This document shows positions 1-5,183 of a stretch of DNA of 14,540 nucleotides, in pieces. The position numbers and the translations under genes are program-made. The stretch is from a virus. The stretch is from IMG/VR virus record IMGVR_UViG_3300045988_150167, one strand, 5' to 3'. How positions within the stretch are numbered: position 1 is the first letter of the stretch; every line of letters begins with the position of its first letter. The notes under the pieces were generated by a model. The model did no database searches, had not been told where the DNA came from, and saw only the letters and a program-made list of their open reading frames with translations.

Positions 1-288
1 TAGTACAGAATTCTGTAATATTCCGGTTCCCACCGTTACAGACTTCTGTACAGTTGCTTGTGCATGTCCTGCGAACACATGTCTATGGTGCATGTACACC
101 TGCAAGCAGGGCAGGGGAGTGCGTGCCGGTGTACATAGTAACAATTGCTAGTTATAAGAATGATACAAATGTCCATTGCATGAGCATATAGTACATGTAC
201 CCGCAAGGCGTTCTATGCTATACTATAATTGTACCATAAGGGTACATATCGCTATACGTCACACCGACATAGAAAGGGAGAATTTGAA
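1..288. repeat. Left inverted terminal repeat (ITR-L), a candidate protein-primed replication origin that also carries an early promoter, 5' UTR and SD
   Basis: The reverse complement of 14319-14540 is identical base-for-base to 1-222. Homology continues to 288 (partner 14257) with one 5-bp indel (extra CTATA at 223-227), two substitutions (265, 270) and a 1-nt indel just before the ATG. Confidence 0.95.
216..229 (+). promoter_or_regulatory. Candidate early promoter -10 region inside ITR-L
   Basis: TGcTATACT (extended -10, 216-224) overlaps TATAAT (224-229), about 60 nt upstream of ATG 289. No convincing -35, which an extended -10 tolerates. Confidence 0.5.
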
Positions 289-615
289 ATGATGATTATT
301 AAAGATGCTTTCAAAAGTTTATTTGGTTCCGTGCTAGAAACCGCAGTTTTGTTTGAAAATTGTGATGGATATTCTCAAAGCAAAATATTAGTAGAAGAAT
401 GTGCAGAACTCATTGTAGCTTTATCGCATTTTGAAAGAAATAGAATGGGAAGTTTTGATGAAATATTAGAAGAACTATCTCATGTGCTAATATCCTGTTT
501 TGCATTTATAATTTGCGCAAATATACCGCTGGATGGGATTATTGCAGAAGTAAATAAAAAATACAATAAGTATCATATTGATAGGAGTGTGAATAATGAT
601 GATTTTCGTGATTGA
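289..615 (+). CDS. MazG-like all-alpha NTP pyrophosphohydrolase (108 aa)
   Basis: AGGGAG SD at 275-280 lies 8 nt before ATG 289; the tracked ORF start at 229 is inside the ITR and has no SD. The acidic helix motifs EECAEL...EELSHVL have spacing typical of MazG/dimeric-dUTPase-like enzymes. Confidence 0.55.
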   Translation: MMIIKDAFKSLFGSVLETAVLFENCDGYSQSKILVEECAELIVALSHFERNRMGSFDEILEELSHVLISCFAFIICANIPLDGIIAEVNKKYNKYHIDRSVNNDDFRD

Positions 616-766
616 TATGCTTAACCATGTACATGTGTATGTGGGTATGAACATGCAGGAAGCTGTGAACGCGAAAAACGATTATATGTCATTTATGGGC
701 ATTTCCGATGAGTCTATCCAGATAGAGGTGATTTTGGATGCAAATAAAAGTATTAGTTGCCTGTGA
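596..766 (+). CDS. Small hypothetical protein (56 aa, below the ORF-track cutoff)
   Basis: AGGAG at 583-587 lies 8 nt before ATG 596. The frame stays open to TGA 764-766 and fills the otherwise unexplained gap between flanking genes, overlapping both. MMIFVIDMLNHVHVYVGMNMQEAVNAKNDYMSFMGISDESIQIEVILDANKSISCL. Confidence 0.4.
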   Translation: MMIFVIDMLNHVHVYVGMNMQEAVNAKNDYMSFMGISDESIQIEVILDANKSISCL

Positions 767-1421
767 GGAATCGCAGGTTGTATGCAAGGCGTTCCGTGCG
801 CGCGGATATGAAGCATACAGTTGTGATATTTTGGAGCCGTCTGGTGGGCATCCAGAATGGCATATTTTGGGCGATGCTCTGAACGCTCTCGCAGGTGGGG
901 AAATTGTTACAATGGACGGAGCAACTCATGATGCGGGAAATTGGGATTTACTGATTGCACATCCGCCTTGCACATACTTGTCAAATGCAGGTGCAAGGCA
1001 TTTGTGGAAAGGCCATGAATTACAGGCTGATAGAGTTAAGCTTGGTATACAAGCTAGAGACTTGTTTATGCGGTTTTTGTGGGCTGACGTACCTTTTAAA
1101 TGTGTGGAGAATCCGATACCATCAACAGTATTTTGCCTGCCGCCATATACGCAGGTTATACAGCCTTACCAGTTTGGGCACCCTTACACAAAGAAAACTT
1201 GTCTGTGGCTTAAAGGGTTGCCGCCTCTGGCGCCGACAAATGTTGTGGAACCTGTTGCTACATGGTGCCCAAGCGGAAGTTATAGTCAAAAACACGGTGC
1301 ACAATACAAAGGGATGTGTACAAAAGACCGTGCAAAAAATCGGGCAAAGACATTTGCAGGAATTGCCGAAGCTATGGCTGGTCAATGGGGTAGTTATATT
1401 ATGGAGGTGCTTAATAAATGA
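738..1421 (+). CDS. Short divergent DNA (cytosine-5)-methyltransferase-like protein (227 aa)
   Basis: AGAGGTG SD at 723-729. PPCTYLSNAG has the exact spacing of C5-MTase motif IV (PCQxFSxxG), and VENP matches motif VI (ENV). The N-terminal beta-strand KVLVACEESQ sits where motif I FxGxGG should be. Confidence 0.6.
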   Translation: MQIKVLVACEESQVVCKAFRARGYEAYSCDILEPSGGHPEWHILGDALNALAGGEIVTMDGATHDAGNWDLLIAHPPCTYLSNAGARHLWKGHELQADRVKLGIQARDLFMRFLWADVPFKCVENPIPSTVFCLPPYTQVIQPYQFGHPYTKKTCLWLKGLPPLAPTNVVEPVATWCPSGSYSQKHGAQYKGMCTKDRAKNRAKTFAGIAEAMAGQWGSYIMEVLNK

Positions 1422-1606
1422 CAATCCGTGATTTTTACCGGGCGTGCCTGTCAATGCAGCCTAAAACAAGTATCCGTGTGTATGATAACGACCGTTGCAT
1501 TTACAACGGTGAATATGGTGACTTGCCTTATACACTTGCAAAACATGAGTTTGAAACCTTGCTAGTTAATCCTATTATGGAGTGGAAATTTTATTTTAAC
1601 TCTTGA
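1418..1606 (+). CDS. Small hypothetical protein (62 aa), paralogue of the right-end gene 14008-14256
   Basis: ATGA start/stop overlap with the upstream gene. Shares DFYRxC...P....VY....GE(Y/F)...P...E.L with the 82-aa right-end protein. Confidence 0.6.
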   Translation: MTIRDFYRACLSMQPKTSIRVYDNDRCIYNGEYGDLPYTLAKHEFETLLVNPIMEWKFYFNS

Positions 1607-1631
1607 CAGGCACCCTATAATATGATACTAT
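1603..1631 (+). promoter_or_regulatory. Near-consensus sigma70/sigA promoter for the structural (late) operon
   Basis: TTGACA (1603-1608), 17-nt spacer, TGaTACTAT (TG at 1623-1624, -10 hexamer 1626-1631). It lies between the last left-arm early gene and the structural genes. Confidence 0.7.
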
Positions 1632-1632
1632 G

Positions 1633-1728
1633 AAATCGGGAAAAGATGCGCAAGCTATACGGACGGAATCCGGCGCACGACCTTGTAGCGGGTCAAGAGT
1701 CTTTTCCCGATTTTTGTATGTCCGTCCG
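1633..1728 (+). promoter_or_regulatory. Highly structured leader: attenuator/terminator, 5' stabiliser or candidate small RNA
   Basis: A perfect 14-bp stem (1633-1646 with 1700-1713) encloses two hairpins (1647-1651/1673-1677 and 1679-1682/1691-1694), giving a three-way junction. A T-run follows at 1711-1715. A further 8-bp complementarity (1660-1667 with 1721-1728) has pseudoknot topology and ends 12 nt before SD 1741-1746. Confidence 0.5.
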
Positions 1729-1752
1729 CTCTGTGAAAGTGAGGTGTAAACC

Positions 1753-1905
1753 ATGGAAGAGATTAGCACTATTATCCAGCAGGTGGGTTTCCCGATTGCG
1801 GCGTTTTTGTTGATGTGGTGGCAGAGTAACACGACCATCAAAGAAAACACCGCTGCTATTGTAAAACTCTGTGAGCACATGAGCAAAATGGACGGTGAAG
1901 CATAA
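1753..1905 (+). CDS. YvrJ-family-like small membrane protein (50 aa); possible holin-like function
   Basis: GAGGTG SD at 1741-1746, ATG at 1753. MEEISTIIQQVGFPIAAFLLMWWQSNTTIKENTAAIVKLCEHMSKMDGEA has one hydrophobic segment with the conserved GFP motif and the size typical of the YvrJ family. Below the ORF-track cutoff. Confidence 0.6.
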   Translation: MEEISTIIQQVGFPIAAFLLMWWQSNTTIKENTAAIVKLCEHMSKMDGEA

Positions 1906-2114
1906 TGTATGTTGTTATGTATGCCGACATTACCAGCGCGCAGGCATGGATTGTATACAGCAAATGCAGGCAATTGGGTATCGGCTATTGCAGCGAATAC
2001 ACCGCCAATTACAATCAAAACGTTGTATGCGGCCCTATGACAGCAGGCGACAAAGACACGCTTGTTAAACTTATCAATGACCCTGCCAAAACAACCGTAT
2101 TGAAAGAGGTGTAA
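1905..2114 (+). CDS. Hypothetical protein (69 aa)
   Basis: TAATG stop/start overlap with the upstream gene; co-oriented in a tightly packed operon. No recognisable motifs. Confidence 0.45.
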   Translation: MYVVMYADITSAQAWIVYSKCRQLGIGYCSEYTANYNQNVVCGPMTAGDKDTLVKLINDPAKTTVLKEV

Positions 2115-2119
2115 CAACT

Positions 2120-2410
2120 ATGACGATTGATGATATTATTGCCCTGTGTCGCGCAGGCTACACGAAAGACGACCTTTCAAAGCTTGTCACTCTTGACAAC
2201 GCTGCACCCGCTGCACCCGCTGCACCCGCTGCACCCGCCGCACTCGCTGCACCTGAAGAGGATGCAGGCAGTATTATTGCCGCAATTAACGCGCTCGGCG
2301 CGCAGATTAAAACAATTAACATTGCGGCAACCGAACAGCCTAAACCGCAGACCGCGGAAGAAGTGCTTGCAAGCATTATCTTGCCGCCAAAACCCGCAAA
2401 TCAGAAATGA
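2120..2410 (+). CDS. Putative scaffolding protein (96 aa) with an (AAP)n low-complexity linker
   Basis: GAGGTG SD. Its size (96 aa vs 98 aa for phi29 gp7) and its position immediately upstream of the capsid gene match phi29 gp7. Helix-prone ends flank an Ala/Pro repeat. Call rests on synteny only. Confidence 0.45.
   Translation: MTIDDIIALCRAGYTKDDLSKLVTLDNAAPAAPAAPAAPAALAAPEEDAGSIIAAINALGAQIKTINIAATEQPKPQTAEEVLASIILPPKPANQK
2201..2254 (+). repeat. 9-bp tandem repeat (GCTGCACCC x4 perfect, plus 2 degenerate units)
   Basis: Read directly: units at 2201, 2210, 2219 and 2228 are identical, while 2237 and 2246 diverge. Encodes AAPAAPAAPAAPAALAAP. Confidence 0.95.
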
Positions 2411-2420
2411 GGTGTAAACC

Positions 2421-3635
2421 ATGAATGATATGACTATTTCGCAGGCCGCGACCATCCTTGGTGAGGCCGTTGAACAGGCAACAGGACAGAAAGTTATTAC
2501 CAATATTGCAACGCCTGAACAGTTTGTTTCGGTCGCACAGACTGCCCTTAAAACAGGCTATGACCCGATTATGAACGCACTGTCCCAGATTTGGAGCCGG
2601 TCAATCTATGCAGTGCGTGATTATACCAGCCCTCTTACCAGCTTGGAGATGGATATGCCGCGATACGGAAACGCGCTGCGCAAGATTAGCCCTATTGCTG
2701 CAAAGATGCAGGACGACCAACGTTTTATTTGGCCTGTCGCATATGATGCAAAAGGCCATGCAGCTAACGCACTTGGCAACGGTCAGAGTGTGGATATGTA
2801 TAAGATTAACAAGCAGGAAGTCTTGCAGACTAACTTTTACGGCACGGCTGTTTATGACCAGCCCTACACCACGTTCCGAGACCAGCTTGACGTGGCAATG
2901 TCTGGTGCTGATGAATTTATGCGTTTCAACGCCATGAACATGACCGAACGCAACAATGACAAAGAGTCTTACCGTGAAGCCGTTGCCCGTGGTATGCAGG
3001 CCAACTTTATTGCTGCGATTCTGGATGAAAAGCAGACTGCGCGTGTTGTCCATCTGTTGACCGAATACAACACGGAAAGCGGCCTGGAGCTTACCGCGCA
3101 AAGTGTATATCAGCCCGCGAACTTTGCGCCTTTTATGCGTTGGGTTGCCGCACGCATCAATGTTATTGCCCGTCTGATGGGTGAGCGCAGTCAGATGTAC
3201 CAGACCGTCATTAACGCGAAACCCGTTTTGCGCCATACCCGCGCCGAGAATCTGCGCGTTGCACTGTATAGTAAGGCTTACGAGCAGATGCGTACTATGG
3301 TTATGTCGCCCACTTACCACGACAATTATTTGACGCTCGGCAATTTTGAAAGCATCAACTTTTGGCAGAGCATCGAAAGTCCCGACAGTATCGCAGTTAC
3401 GCCGGTGTACACCAGCACCACAGGCGCGGTTAAGAAAGCGACCGCAGAAGTTGAGCAGGCAGGCATCTTTGGCATCATGCATGACCGTGATGCACTAGGC
3501 TATTGCTATACCAACGTGTGGAGCGCAACAACGCCACTTAATATCAGCGGCGGTTATTGGAACACCGAAGAGCACGCAACAATTAAGACTATTCAGGACA
3601 ATACCGAAAAGGCCGTTGTGTTGCTGCTCGACTAA
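2421..3635 (+). CDS. Major capsid protein, phi29 gp8-like (404 aa)
   Basis: GAGGTGTAAACCATG initiation region. Position follows the scaffold candidate, and a strong terminator follows directly. N-terminal region resembles remembered phi29 gp8 in pattern (ATxxxxxxVxxxxLxxxxxxxxNxxxxxIxxxxxxxR...). Confidence 0.7.
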   Translation: MNDMTISQAATILGEAVEQATGQKVITNIATPEQFVSVAQTALKTGYDPIMNALSQIWSRSIYAVRDYTSPLTSLEMDMPRYGNALRKISPIAAKMQDDQRFIWPVAYDAKGHAANALGNGQSVDMYKINKQEVLQTNFYGTAVYDQPYTTFRDQLDVAMSGADEFMRFNAMNMTERNNDKESYREAVARGMQANFIAAILDEKQTARVVHLLTEYNTESGLELTAQSVYQPANFAPFMRWVAARINVIARLMGERSQMYQTVINAKPVLRHTRAENLRVALYSKAYEQMRTMVMSPTYHDNYLTLGNFESINFWQSIESPDSIAVTPVYTSTTGAVKKATAEVEQAGIFGIMHDRDALGYCYTNVWSATTPLNISGGYWNTEEHATIKTIQDNTEKAVVLLLD

Positions 3636-3648
3636 CTTTTAATAATAG

Positions 3649-3679
3649 CCCCGTGTCAGTTATGGCACGGGGTATTTTT
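3649..3679 (+). terminator. Rho-independent terminator/attenuator after the capsid gene
   Basis: Stem CCCCGTG(TC) 3649-3657 pairs with (GG)CACGGGG 3664-3672 around a 6-nt loop, followed by TATTTTT 3673-3679. Confidence 0.8.
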
Positions 3680-3694
3680 GAAAGAGGTGAGATT

Positions 3695-5170
3695 TTGAAT
3701 ATCACGCTATATCAATTTTCCAAAAAATTAAACAGCACCGCCCGCCCGTCCGGCACGTCAAAAGGCGTGCAAGGGCAGTTGCGGGAATCTTGCAGCATGT
3801 TAGCGCCGGAAATTGGTTTTGTGTCGTTTGGTCAAACGGAAAGTCCGCACGCGTGGAACTATGCATACATTCCAGATTTTGGCAGATTTTATTATATTGA
3901 CAACTGGACATGGACAGCTGGCATGTGGTATGCGAGTATGACCGTTGACCCTCTGGCAAGCTGGCGCGATGCAATCGCCAACAGCACTGAATATATTGTA
4001 AGAGCTGCAAGCGCTGTCAACCCTAATGTTATTGATACAACATACCCAACATTTGCAGGTTGCAATCAAGCGCATGTAGATATTACAGGGCTTTTTACAG
4101 ACCAACTTTCACGTGGCACATTTATCATGTCGGTGCAGGCAGGCGGAGACCAAGCCAAGTTTGGCACAAACACTACGCTACTTTGCACGCCCGGCGCAAT
4201 GTATAATTTCGCGCAAAAGTTACTTGCAAGCGCCGACTACTTGCAGATTGACCCCAACGAGATTAGCGCGAGTCTTTCCAAAGCCTTGTTTAATCCTATA
4301 CAATATATATCATATTTGATGTGGCTGCCTGTTAATGTTTTGCCGTCAGACCTCAAACCCTTGTCAAGTGTCCCTCTTGGCTGGTGGTCAATTGACGCCG
4401 GTACAGGGTTTTTTGTTCTAGACGAAAGACACGATAAAGTAACATGGGAACACACTCTTGCTATTCCGCGCCACCAGCAGGCAGACACAAAGCATAAATT
4501 TTTGCGCGCGGCACCGTACAGTGAATATAAATTATATATGCCGGGGTTTGGGCTGATTGATATTGATGCAAGTAAGCTGTATAATATGGATAGCTTAACA
4601 ATCAGTATTGTGATTGACTTGTACACCGGCAACATGACCTTGCAGTTTATGGACGGTGACAAGCCGTTTCAAACTCTTTCTGGATGTTGCGCGGTGCAAG
4701 CGCAGATTGGGCAGATTGCAAGCATGGTTACAAGCGAAAGCGGAGTTGTGCAGGCCACTGTTGGTGGATTAGTTGGCGGCGCTCAGGCATTTTTTCAGCA
4801 GGCTGCGGACATTACCCAAAAAGTGCATAACTGGATTAACGGTGCGGATACATTAGGTTTAGGCCAAAACGCCGCAGCAATTGGCAACGGCATCCAGAGC
4901 GGCGCACAGCAGGCAACCGCAGAAAGTGTTTCAAAAGGCGGGCAAGGTGGCGTTGCGGAATATGGTATTACCCCTTATTTACAATGTAAGTTTTGGAATC
5001 TGGTTGACCAAGCCCCTGAGCACCGAGGCTATCCGCTGTGCGAGAAACGCAAAATTGGCAGCTTGTCCGGCTATATCATGTGTTCGGACAGCGATTTTTC
5101 CGCGCCTGCAACCTCAATGGAAATTAGCGCAATCCGGGAACATCTTAATAATGGTTTTTATTTTGAGTAA
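3695..5170 (+). CDS. Tail knob / distal tail tube protein, phi29 gp9-like (491 aa)
   Basis: GAGGTG at 3684-3689 lies 5 nt before in-frame TTG 3695; the tracked GTG 3653 and ATG 3662 lie inside the terminator hairpin. Also has a Gly/Ala/Gln-rich segment (VGGLVGGAQA...GNGIQSGAQQA). The C-terminus (GYPLCEKRK...ISAIREHLNNGFYFE) resembles the phi29 gp9 C-terminus (GYKINRVKK...LQEIRTIFDNGITLW). Confidence 0.7.
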   Translation: MNITLYQFSKKLNSTARPSGTSKGVQGQLRESCSMLAPEIGFVSFGQTESPHAWNYAYIPDFGRFYYIDNWTWTAGMWYASMTVDPLASWRDAIANSTEYIVRAASAVNPNVIDTTYPTFAGCNQAHVDITGLFTDQLSRGTFIMSVQAGGDQAKFGTNTTLLCTPGAMYNFAQKLLASADYLQIDPNEISASLSKALFNPIQYISYLMWLPVNVLPSDLKPLSSVPLGWWSIDAGTGFFVLDERHDKVTWEHTLAIPRHQQADTKHKFLRAAPYSEYKLYMPGFGLIDIDASKLYNMDSLTISIVIDLYTGNMTLQFMDGDKPFQTLSGCCAVQAQIGQIASMVTSESGVVQATVGGLVGGAQAFFQQAADITQKVHNWINGADTLGLGQNAAAIGNGIQSGAQQATAESVSKGGQGGVAEYGITPYLQCKFWNLVDQAPEHRGYPLCEKRKIGSLSGYIMCSDSDFSAPATSMEISAIREHLNNGFYFE

Positions 5171-5183
5171 AGGAGTTGATTAT

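Noticed and set aside
229-288. Tracked ORF starts at 229 (+) and 14346 (-) that extend the terminal genes into the ITR
   Set aside because: The extensions cover the promoter and 5' UTR shared by both arms. Strong AGGGAG SDs precede the internal ATGs at 289 and 14256, exactly where arm homology ends.
955-1431. 158-aa plus-strand ORF in an alternative frame of the MTase-like gene (similar nested ORFs occur at 2127-2417, 2608-2937, 8605-8937 and 9124-9495)
   Set aside because: It is fully nested in a CDS with recognisable motifs, lacks an SD and has a low-complexity composition. I treat it as a chance open frame.
1616-1621. Perfect TATAAT hexamer 7 nt after the TTGACA
   Set aside because: The spacer to the only good -35 is 7 nt, far too short. 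TACTAT at 1626-1631, with its TG extension, gives the canonical 17-nt spacing.
1630-1749. 39-codon ORF (MKSGKDAQAIRTESG...) covering the structured leader
   Set aside because: Its ATG overlaps the -10 hexamer, so it would be absent from or leaderless on the late transcript. It has no SD. The region is better explained by its extensive base-pairing.
1596-2117. 173-aa minus-strand ORF spanning the late promoter, leader and first two late genes
   Set aside because: It runs antisense to tightly coupled plus-strand genes that have strong SDs, and it crosses the promoter and hairpin region. It has no SD, and its Cys/His-rich composition is unlike a real protein.
2201-2254. Possibility that the short direct repeats are a CRISPR array
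   Set aside because: The units are contiguous 9-mers with no spacers and lie inside an ORF. This is a coding tandem repeat, not a CRISPR array.
2601-3482. 293-aa minus-strand ORF inside the capsid gene
   Set aside because: Shadow ORF antisense to a well-supported CDS. It has no SD and no promoter, and its Arg/His/Cys-rich sequence is typical of antisense frames.
3653-3694. Upstream GTG/ATG starts for the tail knob gene, as drawn in the ORF track
   Set aside because: They lie inside the terminator hairpin and have no SD. TTG 3695 has GAGGTG 5 nt upstream.
4881-5183. 101-codon N-terminal extension of the M23 peptidase ORF, overlapping the tail knob gene
   Set aside because: There is no SD at 4881, and the extension is Ala/Arg-rich frame-shadow sequence. 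ATG 5184 follows an AGGAG SD just after the tail knob stop.
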